From: Psammoneis japonica
Lineage: Eukaryota
Assembly (NCBI GenBank): GCA_008632985.1
Contig: QPGO01000104.1
Coordinates: 186,001 to 250,000, forward strand
Direction: 5' to 3'
Length of the DNA: 64,000 bases
Shown here: piece after piece, positions 12,022 to 24,666 of the stretch
Layout: each line of letters opens with the position of its first letter
Position numbering within the stretch: position 1 is the first letter of the stretch
Made by a program: the position numbers and the translations under genes
The notes under the pieces: generated by a model
The model's database searches: none
Seen by the model: the letters and a program-made list of their open reading frames with translations, nothing else
What the model was told of the DNA's origin: nothing

Positions 12022-13713
12022 CTAAAACATGAACGCGACAGCCAACGCCACCAAGGCGCTCGAGGTAACACAAAATAGCATGCTCATGAAACCGGAAGGA
12101 AGCATAGTAGCAGCACCAGAGGCAGTGGGAACAAAGCTTGGACTAACCGAAGCGGTAGGTTCAATGGTGCCGATTGGCGTGTCGGTGACAGGAGGCGGGG
12201 TCGCAGAGCCGGTTGGACTCTCTGTTGCCACAGTTGTTGGGCTTGAGGAACTGGTGGGGCTCATCGTGGACGTGGGGCTAGAGCTCGGGTTCGAAGACAC
12301 CTCGACGATGGTCGGCGCCAAGGAAGTGGTAGCAGCAGCACTCGGAGTTACTGTGGGAGAAAAGCTGCTGGAGGGGGCACTGGAAAGACTAGGAGCCCCA
12401 GTTGGCGCAACACTGACGCTTGGAGCGACCGAGGAGCTTGGAGAAGAAGATGGTGAGTCGGTACCGACACTCGGGGCAGAGCTTGGGGAAGCACTACCAA
12501 GGCTTGGAGAAGCACCACTAAGGCTTGGAGAAGCACTGGGGAAAGCACTAGCAGAAGCAGCAGTGGGTGAAGGACTACCGGTGCCGGGAGATCCAGTGGG
12601 TCTCCCGTTTAAGGTGACAATCGACGACAGTGTCCTCTCGGCAAACTCTTGGTTAAACGCGCTTGAAGTTCCAAACGCCCTAATGACAGCACCTGCTACA
12701 CCTTGCTGGGCGATAAGGTCATAGTAGTACCTTGGAGTGTCAGAAGCGTTTTGGCACTGGATACTGGACAACCCAGCTTCGTTGATAAAATTGGTAAAGT
12801 CATATCCCTCGGAGTATTCCCAGCACTCAAAAGATGTAATTGACGTCGTGGCGGTGCAGTTGCGATCAAAGGCCGCACGAACTGCATCGGTGGATGTTAG
12901 ATTGTCGCACCTGAACGAAACGCCAGTAATGTTCTGCACCGTTCCGGTAAGATCTGTGCAAGAAAGCTCGGTGCTACCATCGTTGCCCGTAAAGTCAGTA
13001 CGGCCATACTCATACCACTCGGTGCACGAGTAAGCATGGCAAGCCTTGTCTGTACCGCAAAACTCAAATCCACCGGTACAGTCGTTGTCGCTGGCACAGT
13101 CACCGGGAGCGGGAGAGGTGGTGGGAGGAGCCTGTACAGAGAGCGTTGTGTCAATGCAGTAGGGAGGAAAGGTTTCGTCGAAGTTGAAGTTCTGGTTTCC
13201 GGTTGTGAAACGTCTGGTAGGGGTAGCAGTACGGGTCCTGTACGAGTAGAAGTTGTTACCCTGATCACAAGGATCACTTTGGTTCAATGCCAGTGTTTCA
13301 GCCACAAAGGACGAGAAGTCTGTGCCATTGGCGTATGCGAGGCACTGGAAAACTTGGATTCCAGACAACGATGGGGTCGAGGCGGTACAAATCTCGTTGA
13401 AGTCCACCCTCGTCAATGGAGCATCGCTAAAGTTTTGACCACATCTAAAGTCGGTTCCAACAGTCGAAGTGTCAGGTCCAGCATAAGGCGCACAGGTGAG
13501 CTGGGCTGACCCGTCTGAACCAGTAAAATCGGTTGGGCCATACTCGTAATAGTCGGCGCACGTGTACCAACGACAAGTGAGGTCCGTTCCGCAAAACTGA
13601 AGACCGTTGTTGCATCCTACTGCAGGATCACAAATCGATCCTACTTGAGCCTCACTCTGGCCAACCAGAAGTGACAGTAACAGCGGCACAAAGGACGTCG
13701 CAAGCAGCTTCAT
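12022..13713 (-). CDS. Secreted, probably GPI-anchored surface protein: two Cys-rich repeats plus a long S/P/T mucin-like stalk
   Basis: Signal peptide MKLLATSFVPLLLSLLVGQSEA. Two C..FCGTD..C..Y.C..YEYG..DFTG.DG repeats, an SPS/APS stalk and a hydrophobic C-terminus after SGA. Confidence 0.85.
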   Translation of the reverse strand: MKLLATSFVPLLLSLLVGQSEAQVGSICDPAVGCNNGLQFCGTDLTCRWYTCADYYEYGPTDFTGSDGSAQLTCAPYAGPDTSTVGTDFRCGQNFSDAPLTRVDFNEICTASTPSLSGIQVFQCLAYANGTDFSSFVAETLALNQSDPCDQGNNFYSYRTRTATPTRRFTTGNQNFNFDETFPPYCIDTTLSVQAPPTTSPAPGDCASDNDCTGGFEFCGTDKACHAYSCTEWYEYGRTDFTGNDGSTELSCTDLTGTVQNITGVSFRCDNLTSTDAVRAAFDRNCTATTSITSFECWEYSEGYDFTNFINEAGLSSIQCQNASDTPRYYYDLIAQQGVAGAVIRAFGTSSAFNQEFAERTLSSIVTLNGRPTGSPGTGSPSPTAASASAFPSASPSLSGASPSLGSASPSSAPSVGTDSPSSSPSSSVAPSVSVAPTGAPSLSSAPSSSFSPTVTPSAAATTSLAPTIVEVSSNPSSSPTSTMSPTSSSSPTTVATESPTGSATPPPVTDTPIGTIEPTASVSPSFVPTASGAATMLPSGFMSMLFCVTSSALVALAVAFMF

Positions 13714-14444
13714 GGTCGAGAACCCTATCTCTTTCACGAGGTAAGTCGAGAGAAGTGTGGCGTCTGGATTGGATCTTTGTGAATTTTTGGCGGTCACTTA
13801 TCGCGATACTAGAATTGACTGGTGCAATACCAGAAGATTCACGTGGACTCTACAGCAGTTTGGAATTTTGGCAGTCTATTCGAAATATATAGCCCACAGG
13901 ATTTAGGGGACGGGGTTCTGGAAGATCGCCAGCTCTCACTTTCCGTTGGCTACTCCGAGTGCTCGTGACTCACGTGTGTTTGTCGGAGTGTTCAAATTCA
14001 GGAGACATTTTGGATTTATTGTGGTCATAACACATCTCTCGCAGCGCTTTATTGTAGTCTTGGCTTAGTATAGTAATCCCAACTACCGGTACCTACTTTA
14101 GTTTAGTTCTCCGATTGAGCTGTACCTTGTTGGACCGACATAGCTGCTGAGCGTTAACATCCAATTTCGATGCGGAAGAAGCTAGCTTAAATTTCGCTTG
14201 CGATCTATCTCTGGGTCTTCCCCGGTCATCTGATTTGAAGGTCGTGGTCAGCGGTGTCTTTAAAATGTTTCTGTTACCAGAGTCTAGTAGCTATCTTATT
14301 TGGCAGCAACTCACAAGCTACAAAGATTTAGACAACTTTGAATGGTCCTGCACTAAAAAACCTTATATCCCTCTATTCAATCCATTCTAATTCACTCTCG
14401 CAGCGTAGCTGTTTGCAAGAAAACGTATCTTTCTTTTTCATTCC

Positions 14445-15782
14445 TTAAACAATGAAAACAGAAGCAACGATAAGAGCAACGGTGGCCGTTGCAACCGAAA
14501 GAAGCAAGTTGTTCGACGCAGCACTTGGAGGGGTGGTTGGTGAACCAGTCGCTGGCGGATCCGTAGCCCCAGGAGCTGGGGTGCTTGGTGGATCCGTAGT
14601 CCCCGGAGAAGGCGTACTTGGCGGATCTGTTGCAGGTGTCGTGGTTGGTGGATCAGATGTCTCCTCTGCAAAACTAGAAGAGGTAATGGTGACAATCGAT
14701 TGAAGCGTGAGCTTGGCCAAGGTTTCGTTAAAGGCTGTAGAGGCGGAAAAAGCAACAATGGCAGGACCAGGAGCTTCTCCCTTTCTGGCAATTAGGTTGG
14801 TGTAGTATCTCGGAGATTCGTTCGAGTCCTGGCAAACAAGATTCGATGCCCCGGCATCAGCGAGAAACGTTGAAAAGTCATAGTTCTCGGAGTACTCCCA
14901 ACACTCAAAATAGTTTGTGCCGGTTTGAGCTGTGCAGTTGCGATCAAACGCAGCACGAATCGGAGAGGGATTGGTGCTATCGCTGCACCTGTACGAAGCA
15001 CCAGTTTCTGTCTGTACAGTTCCCGATAGATCTGTGCAAGATAGCTCAGTCATGCCGTCATTGCCAGTAAAGCCGGTACGACCATACTCATACCACTCGC
15101 TGCACGAGTAGAAGTGGCACTCGCGGTCTGTGCCGCAAAATGCAAAGGGCGACTCACAATCATTATCGGTGGCGCAGTCACCGGGTGCTGGAGCCGTTGT
15201 GGGTGCAGACTGTGCAGTGAGTGTCGTGTCAATGCAGCTCAACGGAAGATTGGGATCGAAATCAAAGTTCTGATTTCCAGTTGTGAAACGGCTCGTAGAG
15301 TTCGCAACACGGGTCCTGTAGGCGTAGTAGAGGTTGCCCTGGTCGCACGAAGCAACAGTCTTCAATGCCAACGCTGTTTCGATAAAAGCCGTAAAGTCTG
15401 TGTCGTTGGCGTATGCCAGACACTCAAATAGTTGGGTTCCGGCAAGCGTTTGGGTCGTTGCTGTACAAATCTCATTAAAGTCCTCCCTCGCCAATGGAGG
15501 AGCGTTTGCCCTACACCGAAAGTCAACACCGACTGTAGACGCGTGGGGTCCAGCATAAGGCCCACACGAGACCTCCGTTGCCCCGTCATATCCAGTCAAG
15601 TCGACAGGCCCATACTTGTAAAAGTCGGGGCATGAGAATCGACGGCAGGTCTTGTCTGTGCCACAAAACTCGAGACCATTTCTACAATCTATTGTCTGGG
15701 TGCAGGAAGATCCAACTTCAGACTTACACTGGTCGACCAGAAGAGAGAGCAACAAAGAGACGGCAACTGGAAACAACTTCAT
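14445..15782 (-). CDS. Tandem paralog of 12022-13713 with a shorter TDPP-repeat stalk
   Basis: Same signal peptide and two Cys-rich repeats, shared RFTTGNQNF and RAAFDRNCTA, and a hydrophobic C-terminus. Confidence 0.85.
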   Translation of the reverse strand: MKLFPVAVSLLLSLLVDQCKSEVGSSCTQTIDCRNGLEFCGTDKTCRRFSCPDFYKYGPVDLTGYDGATEVSCGPYAGPHASTVGVDFRCRANAPPLAREDFNEICTATTQTLAGTQLFECLAYANDTDFTAFIETALALKTVASCDQGNLYYAYRTRVANSTSRFTTGNQNFDFDPNLPLSCIDTTLTAQSAPTTAPAPGDCATDNDCESPFAFCGTDRECHFYSCSEWYEYGRTGFTGNDGMTELSCTDLSGTVQTETGASYRCSDSTNPSPIRAAFDRNCTAQTGTNYFECWEYSENYDFSTFLADAGASNLVCQDSNESPRYYTNLIARKGEAPGPAIVAFSASTAFNETLAKLTLQSIVTITSSSFAEETSDPPTTTPATDPPSTPSPGTTDPPSTPAPGATDPPATGSPTTPPSAASNNLLLSVATATVALIVASVFIV

Positions 15783-16215
15783 GGTGATTCGCTTCTCGTA
15801 AAAAGTGGACGTGGTAAAATTGGATCTTGCGAAATCTGTTCATGTTCGCATCAATTGACAAATGAGCCGATTTGTGGGCGGGATGCATGGTCGGGAGTCG
15901 AGTCGTCACATGCCAACCACATACTGTATCATAGTTTGTCTCGTAGAAGCTACATAATTTTGAAAATTTCGATATCGCCACGCTCTCATTATAAATATTA
16001 TATGTATCTGAATACTTATTTCATTCCCACTCCACGAAATTGCAGCCGCAACCCTTTGACCCTACATAAACACTCAACTTAGAGTAGTAGAGCTACTAGC
16101 TAGAGGACTACTCTAGTAGAGGGCACTACTAGAGTAGATAGAGAACGCAGGGGACAGATACTTGAAAAAAGTAGCATTGTTTCTAGCTCTAAAATAGAAG
16201 AGTATATAAAAAATA

Positions 16216-19200
16216 TTAGAGGTGTCCTGCCATTGCACGCATGGCAGCTTTGTTATTTGTAGCAACCCCTTGAGACGAGGATACAAAGCTTGATGACGAT
16301 GGCGCTGATCCATCCGTCGAAGGTAGAGAGTTACCACCGTCCGGTCCCATTAGATGGGTTGAATAATAATCACTGATACGTTGCTCCATGTAAATTCGAT
16401 CTCGTAATCTTCGTGGTGAATGTCGTTCGTCGGGAAACACGAGCAAATCGTACTCCTTGCCAGAGGCAATCAGTCGATTAATGAGACGTGCCGTATGTCG
16501 AAAGTGGACATTCTCGTCAATCAAACCATGGACAATCATTAATTTTCCCGTCATGTTTGGGACGTGTTCAAAAATTGCAGCCTCTCGGTAGCCGCTAGCA
16601 TTCTCCGCGGGTAAACCCATGTATCGTTCCGTGTAGTGCGTATCATAACCGTCCCATGATGTTACAGGTGCACCTGCGACAGCGACATGGAAGACATCCG
16701 GAGCTCGACAAAGGCACATGGCTGCCAAGTATCCTCCATAGGACCAACCATAAATACCAACGCGAGTAGGATCGGCGATACCCCGCATGGTCAAATGACG
16801 CACGGCTGTAACCTGATCCAAGACCTCAAGTCGTCCAAGGCGTTTGCGAATCGCGCTTTCAAACGACAATCCACGTCTAGCGGATCCTCGATTGTCGCAC
16901 TTGACGACAGCAAACCCCAAGCTCCGAAGCAACTGTGCACGCATGTCTGCACATTGTCCCCACGATCGGTTAACACGTTGAACATGGGGCCCACCATAGA
17001 CGGCACACACCAAAGGGTACGGACCAGGACCATGCACTGAAGCGTCAGGCTTGTACACTGCGGCATGCAGAGTCTCGGTCCCATCGGACGTTGGAAAGGA
17101 CATTAACTCTGGCGCAGGCAGGTTTGAAATCCACTCTTGAGCAACAGGATCGGGAGGAAGAAATGAAGATTCCCTGTCTTCCGAATCATGAAGCACACAC
17201 AAGAATTTTGCAACTGATGTGTCACGTTCCGAGTTACTTTCCAACGAATCCACATGTGTCCGCGGAAATTTGCGTCCCCGCGCTACCTGAGCAAAAGGAC
17301 CCGTCTTGGGTAAAACATACAGCTTGACAGATGTGGGTCTGTCCAGGTCGGAACTCGTGTCGACAAATATTCGACAATCACTGTCCATTGCGATTGAATG
17401 CATTCCAGGCTCGGTGGTCAGACGAACCGGATCAGGCACCCCGTCCACATCCATACTGGAGGAAGTGCTCTTGCGAACGGATGACTGTTTTCCGCTCAAA
17501 GCACTCATGACGTGCTTGAGACCCCGCCGTACCCCACCGTGGTGGCCATTCTGTTTGCTGTCATCCAGCATTGTGTCCCCAGAGTCAGAGCTGTCGCGGT
17601 CGTCTCGTCCATTCTCGTCACTGCCTCCTTGGTTGGTAATGGGCAAGGCAAACAAGTGTCGCTCCAATGGCGAACCAAATGTCCCGGTAACGTACACGGC
17701 ATCATTTTCTAAATCCACTCCCGCTACATCCTCAACAATCCAATCTCCAGCAGACACGGTTCGAATCATGATGGCTTTGTCCCCATTATATCCTGGAGCA
17801 AATGTGTACAGGTACAAGTGTGAATACCCGGTTCGCTCCGAAGCAAACAAAAAGGAAAACGATCCGTGCGGCAATGGATTGGGAAGCGAGTGATCTACCA
17901 CAGGAAAGCATTCGTCGGGATGAATGGCCCTTGGTAAAACCCGCATCATGTGATTCAAATTAATCCAGACATCACTTCGTTCGGTCAAGAGCGTTCTTGT
18001 GTTTCCAGTCGACAAGTCAATACGCACAACCACCAAGGTTGACTGTGTTCGATTCTGCCATTGAGCGCAAGCTGATCCATCCGGTAACCACAAGACCCGC
18101 GCCAAGTATTCTTGCGCCTCTCGTGGTGGGTCGAGCCATAGACACTTTTCCCAGTTTCGTTTTGCAGCCTTATCCGACTCGGAAAGCTCCTCGTCCTGAT
18201 CCATCATTATTTCGTTGCTGTCACTCTCCAACAGATAATCCAATACATCTTCATCCTGCGCATCCGAGCTCATGCCATGATGCGTCTCATTCAAAACTGT
18301 ACTCCTGTCCACCTTGACATAGGCTAGTTGCACTTTACAATTGTCTTGACCTGCAAAGGGGTATCGATGATCTTCGTAGGGCGCATCGCGGGTAGACCCA
18401 TCACGGCCTTCATGCGTAATGCGATAGGGCGGAATTCCAGATTCATCCACCCGTGTAAATAGAATGCCAGATGAATCCGGATTCCACCAATAGCCACGAT
18501 AGCGATCCATTTCTTCTTGCGCCACAAAATCCGCCAGTCCATGCGTGATGCAATCCTCCTCGCACGCTCCAAAGGTCAAACGAACCGGTTTTGATAATGC
18601 TGAATCATCGCCATTGTTTCCAACCCCCAGTACATAAATGTCTCCCGCAACAACAAAGGCAACCATACTTCCATCGGGTGACAATTGTGGATCAATCGCA
18701 CTCGCATCACGGCCCACAACGGGTCCCACGGTTTTCGTCGTGGCAGAACCAAACAGTGTTTCCTGAAGCGTACTTTTATCATAAATCATTCGCAACGCAT
18801 CTTTTGCTTTGGAAGCAACTCCATCCTGAACATAGACATTGCCACGAATCGGTACCAACACTCGCAACTCGTCCTTGTACAGAGTCCAACTGAATTGCGT
18901 CGCACCCGAATGCAATCGCTGTCGTTCTCGACGCAACTTTTCTTCTAATGAAACCGATCCCTGATCCTTGACCATTGTATTGGGTAGTTTTAATAGAGGA
19001 GATATTAACGATTGGTGGACTGCACATCCCGGATGCAGTTGATTTAAATCCAACACAAACAATTGACGTTCGGCAGACGAACGGGAAGAAGACGAAGCAG
19101 CATTAGTACGGCGCAGAGACGAGGATAGAAACGCCAAATACCGTTCTTCTGCCAATTCAGGTGAAAAACATAATGACGAGGGACCTGACAAGCCTAATCG

Positions 19201-19467
19201 TGCATGAGGAGATTATAGAAGAAAAAACAACAGTTAGTTGATCAATACCTGTTTGGCACAGTTTTTCTCAGCTAAAACATACCGCAGAGCAGCAGAAAAA
19301 AGTCACGATCAAAACTTACCGGGAGGAGGTAAAGCTGCTACAACTTCTGCCGTCAGGGGCTGACTGGTACTACTACTAGAAGTACTACTTGTTGAATTGT
19401 TATTATTTGGGGCAGACGACCGACCCCGACGCCGCTGCTCAGACTTGCCATGAAGAAAGTGTCCCAT
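16216..19467 (-). CDS. DPP9: Dipeptidyl peptidase 8/9-like (S9B); exons 19467-19320 and 19193-16216
   Basis: QEEMDRY, VYGGP, GWSYGG nucleophile, DENVH and ERH motifs. GT-AG intron 19319-19194 keeps frame (phase 1). Confidence 0.92.
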
Positions 19468-19599
19468 GGTTGTTGTTACGTTGCTGATTTTAGAGTGTGA
19501 GACAAAAACGCGTGCGTGCGACGTCGTCGCGTGACAAGAGCGGACCGACTGGCGAGCGACAAGTGTTCGCCTTTTGAGAACACCAACTTCTCACCAGTC

Positions 19600-22500
19600 A
19601 GATAGACAAACAGAAAATGCCAAACTGCTCTGTCAGCTGTCCGTCAACTTGCGCGGGATTTCATGTTGCCCCAGCGCAGCCCTAGCACAGTCATCTCACA
19701 ATCAGACATTTTCACCAATCAACTGCAACTGGCAGGGCTTGTGCCATGGTCCGTGAAAAGTTCTGTTGTGGCTGGGAGAGCAGAAGAGAGTGCATCAAAA
19801 ACAGGGCAAAAAACCAGCCGAGCATCGCGCACAGGAGGTGCTGGCACGCAGCACAAGTGCGCCCACTCCTTGCTGATGCAGCAAAGCCACACACTGGCCT
19901 CTGGCACTGGACAGCACAGTGCTCCTGCTCACACACACCTGTGTGGCACATCACATTTTGGCACAATGCAGACATGACCAGATGCCGTCATGCAAAATCT
20001 CAAGCCAGTGTGTGAGCAGTCCACTGGTGTTGCCAGAGGGACAGCTCACAGACACTCGCTGTCAAATGACAGCACTTGGCACAACATCTTGTGCAGCACT
20101 CAGAGCAAGGTAAAAGAGTTGTTCATGCAGCAACTCTGGAGAGAGAGCATGGTGACAAAAGACAAAGCTGCAGCCCGATGAGGTCATGATCACTCTTTTG
20201 AAGTTGACCATGGGTCCAGAGAGGCAACAAAATGACACACCACAGTCAAATGGTGTTCCCTGCAAAACAAAGCTGTGTCTGTTGGAAATTTGGCTGCTCT
20301 TGCTTGCTGTTTTGCTCTTGGGCTCACACAAAGTGCAGCAAAAAAAGCAGGCGGCACTGCGCTGGCTTTGCAGCAAACCGCTGCTTTCTCTTGCACTCTT
20401 CACAACAACTTGAATCCTTGCCCACATCTCTCTGGGATGAGCCACCCTCTTTTGAATGTGCGCGCTCATGACCTGGGTGCTGCAGAAGCCCAGCAACTGG
20501 CACCCAGCTCTGTCACACTTCCAGCTGCTCCCAAGGCATTTTTTGGGTTTTTTGAGCAACAAAGCTCTTTCCACTTTGTGGATGTCAACACAAGGTTTGT
20601 GCAGCTCCTGAGACGGGGCTCTGGCATCTGTGAGTGTGCTTGTCTTGATCTGCACAGCAAGTTTGACTTTTGTGCATTGTCAAGTTGGTTGAAATGTTGT
20701 CTCTCCTTTTCTCTCCAAGTCTGACCTTTGCCTCTTGTTTGGGTTTGGAGCTGGGTGGCAGACTTCCCCCCGCAAATCATGTCAGGGAAGCAGCGACATG
20801 TCAAGGAAGCAGTGACATGTCCCAGTGACAGGCGACATGCCAAACAACAATTTCATTGATTCATGGGCCAACCTCAGTCAAGTGCAATTGTCTTAAACTT
20901 TGCCACCAAGTGCAGCCAAATGTCTTGTTCATGCTCCAAGAAACATTTTCTCAATGAGAAGCAAGCTCCCAAAAAGTGATGCCCACATGTTCCAGTGCCA
21001 GGTGACATGCCAAACAAAATTTTCATTGATTCATGGGCCAACCCCACCCAATCAAGTGCAATTGCCTCAAACTTTGCCATCAAATGCAGCCAAATGTCTT
21101 GTTCATGCTCCAAGAAACATTTTCTCAATGAGAGGCAAACTCCCAAAAAGTGATGCCAACACAATGATGAACATGACCACACACACAGTGGTGGCTGCTT
21201 TCCACCTTGTGGCAACAAAAACAATGCCGTCAGCAGCACCATCACATTTTGCTTGGTCTGCAGGTGCCATTGTTCTTTTCATCAGTGAAATGACTTTGGA
21301 CTTGCAGAGCTTTCAGCATCTTGAAAGTGATGGAGTTTTTGCACCCTCCTCTTGGGCCATTTTGACCCCATGCTCTGAAAGTGTTCAATGTGAAAATGAT
21401 GACATTGAGTCCACTTCACATCCAAGTCAGCTCATGCAGTCATTTCGGTGTCACAAAGATTCATTTCAGTGACCTTGTGCACTGACTTTTGGGTGATGCA
21501 TCAAGACCTGCAAAATCCTTTGAACACAACAGCTCCATTTTTGCATGAAATGATCCACAATTCAACATTTCCTTCACAACACATGTTGCATTGGCTTCAT
21601 GCCTTTAACCAGCACTGCTTCCACAGTTGTGAAGTCAAAGAAAAATTTCAAGAACAACCACACACTGCCATGGCAACTTCTTGTGCGAAAAACACATGTG
21701 TCTGGACTGGGCACGGCTTCACTTGTTTTCCATGCTGTGAACAATGGTGTGCAGCCAGGCTCTCAGATGTGCCACAGCCAGCTTGCAAGCACAGAGATTT
21801 GAGCCTCAGCTGAGATCTGCAGTTTTGTCACACAGAAGCTGCCCAGCTGCAGCCATGTTGTCAGATGACAACTCTGCTTGTCTCTGTGCCATGCCTGCTC
21901 CATCCCCAACATGGCATGCAAGATCAACTCAAAAGCAAGTTTTCTTTCCACTGTCATGATGGCAAAGCCTGGTGAATTTGCAGCTGGCTGCTTGCAGGTG
22001 TCATTTGCTTCTTCTGCCACAACTTTGGCAGCAGACATTTGCTGAACAAGGCACCACATGGTCACCTGGTTTCCTGCCAATGCACACACCCCTTGATGGT
22101 GTGTTCAGCAGCACTTCATGGAGTGGTGCAAGCAAACACAAGAGCAGCAGATGCAAGCTCAGCAGGCAGCAGCAAGCTGAGGTCAAGCCACAGGTGCTGA
22201 TGCTTGCCAGAGCACCTCTGAACAACTGCACCATTGTCGTCATGACCACCCAACTTGGCAACAACAACTCCATCTCTCTTGCCGCACTGCACCCTGGGCT
22301 TTCCTTTTCTTGGTCTTTTTCATGCAAAGAGATGAGCTTCACTTGCTTTCATTGTTGCTGCCCATTTTTGCAGCATTTCTGTCTTTTTTGCTCTGTTGAC
22401 AACTGCCCTTCTTGCCCTGAAACGAGCCGACAACAACGTGCATGCCACATTGCTGCTGAGTGTGTGTCAGATCTGCACAGAGCAGAGCACTGGCACTGGG

Positions 22501-22860
22501 TGCCTCCTCCCACAGTGACATGTGCTGCTGCATTTGCAAGGAATCCTGGTTGGGGCATGCCAGAGGCTTGGGGCATTGTGTCAAGTTGGCTGTTGTTGCA
22601 CTGGGCTCCATTCTCAGACAGTGTCATGCCTCTTGGAGAGCACTGTCCTTGACATGGCTGTTTTGCTGCTGGCACACAGAGTGACCCTCCTTGGTGACTC
22701 CAGTCCATTGTGCATCAACAACACCTGCAGGGGTGAGTGCGCTGGTCCCTGGCTTCCCAATGAGCCCCCTCGGGTTGCACAGCTCCACATTGTTTGCTTG
22801 CTGCGGCAAACTCGAAGGCACAATTTTTTTGCATGTTGTGTGCGTTTTTTTCTCGGAAAA
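19600..22860. other. TpA/CpG-depleted degenerate repeat block 2 (unclassified debris left of the YR element)
   Basis: TA almost absent, TG/CA excess and no credible ORF. Confidence 0.75.
20834..21158. repeat. Tandem duplication of ~170 bp
   Basis: GACATGCCAAACAA...CCCAAAAAGTGATGCC occurs at ~20834 and ~21004. Confidence 0.85.
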
Positions 22861-23428
22861 TGCAGCTGTCGCCACTTTTCTTGTTTGTCCTCAGCAGAGT
22901 GATTCAAGCTAGGAGACAAGACACAACAGGACCAAATCCAACAGGCAGGAGTGGAGATGGCTTTGCTGGCACTGTGGGAAGCCCTGCTCCCAAACCCAAG
23001 CTGGACGGTGGGCCAGAGGGCAGGAGAGATGGGAGCAATTGACTGTCTAGAGCCCGGCTTGCTGTTGTTGTTCTCAAAAGAATGAAAACAATGAAAGCCA
23101 GAGAAGAGTCATTGTAACTCCCGTGCAACGTGCGGCACTTTCAATGGGAAGGAATTGGGAATCCCTCTTTGTGGATCTCACGAGGACAGCGGCTGTTGCC
23201 ACTTTTCTTGTTTGTCCTTGGCAGAGTGATTCAAGCCAGGAGACAAGACACAATGGGACCAAATCCAATGGGTGGGAGTGGAGATGGCTTTGCTGGCACT
23301 GCAGGAAGCCCTGCTCCCAAACCTGAGCTGGACAGCAGGCTGCCAGCACCACCCACAACAGCACAGCAATGCAGTGAAGGGCCTGTGACTTGGGCGGGAG
23401 GGTGGGCCACGTCTGGCGGGTGTGGCGC

Positions 23429-24600
23429 TCATGGAGGGTTGACGGGGACATCGGCGTTCGGAAGGAGAACGAAGTTGCCACCTTGGAGCATCCGTTGAGA
23501 GAAATGGCGCACAATCGGTTCCGCCTGAAGGTGGAGGTGCCAAAGCATTTCGTCAGAGTGCCAGCAACCCAAGAGACATGATGCAATGTCCGTGTCCACT
23601 CGGGCACACAGCAACCCCATGGTGCCTGCAGCTCGAAGACTGCGGGCGGAGACATTGCCAGGTGTGAAACCGAGGTTCTGAGGGCCGAGGGCCAGGACAG
23701 TGGTGCGGAGGATGGCAGTGATGTCGGCAGGAGTGACAAGGTGCCAGGCACCATTGTGAAAACAAACAGACAACGGAGTGTCAGGGTGCACTCCATGGGA
23801 GTGGAGATGCAGAGCTCGGCGTGCTGCAGCCTTGACAGGGCAAAGTTGAGGATGCCCAGAGAGGCCTTGACCTGTGACTTCACCCACCATTTTTCTGGGT
23901 GGTGAAATCAAGCGTGGCAAAGGTGGCGGCATTGAGACAGGCAGCAGGGCACGTGAATAAATCCAAGTGTGCTTGACCAGTGCTCAGCCGCAAGTCGGCC
24001 AGATGGAACGGGGTGGAGTCTGACAGTGTTGCAGTGCATTCGCCGGGTCACATCAAACAAAAGAATGCAAGTGCGATCATGTCGGCAATGGCCATGGTGC
24101 CGGGGTGGTGACCAGTGGCCACCAATGCAAGGATCCAATGTAGGACAGTGATCAGGATCAGTTTTACTTGGTCTGGCAGAGGATCCTCTTTCTTGCAGTG
24201 ACGGATTTGTCGGGTGAGACGGAAATCCATTTGGCCTTGGGGTGTTTTGCGTGAGTCTGGGGCCCCCATTGCAGAAAACGTTTGTCCAACCGACCGCACG
24301 GCATCTTCAGCAGTGCATGCTTGGATGGGATGGCCACGTGGGGTGATTTGGCCAGTTCGATGTCAGTGCATGAAGACTTGGAGGAAGAGAACTGGGTCAT
24401 CAATGGCTTGGAGCAATGGGTCGATGGCCATTTCGGCACAAAATTCAGTCCATTTTGTCCAATGGGTGTCACAGGCGGTGGCGCGCGAAGGGGCAATGGA
24501 GTTGGCGACTGCGAATTGTGCAGCGCCGAGATCACGTGGGAATGCAGCTCTCGTGGCGGCGTCCACAAGCACCAAGATTTGGTCTGTGGACAAAAAGCGT
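23429..24600 (-). pseudogene. Tyrosine recombinase of the Ngaro element (frameshifted, catalytic Tyr lost)
   Basis: VSARSLRAAGTMGLLCARVDTD...LLGCWHSDEMLWHLHLQA (cf. HSLR/RSLR...GRWxSDxxxxY). Confidence 0.85.
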
Positions 24601-24666
24601 TAAAATGTTGCAAAAAGGCAGCAGTGGTTGGTGATCAGAGGCGGGAGGCATCGTCAGCGGCAGTGT

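Noticed and set aside
19574..22900. Numerous overlapping Cys/His/Gln-rich ORFs, here and in the other blocks
   Set aside because: A by-product of TG/CA excess and stop depletion; no domains.
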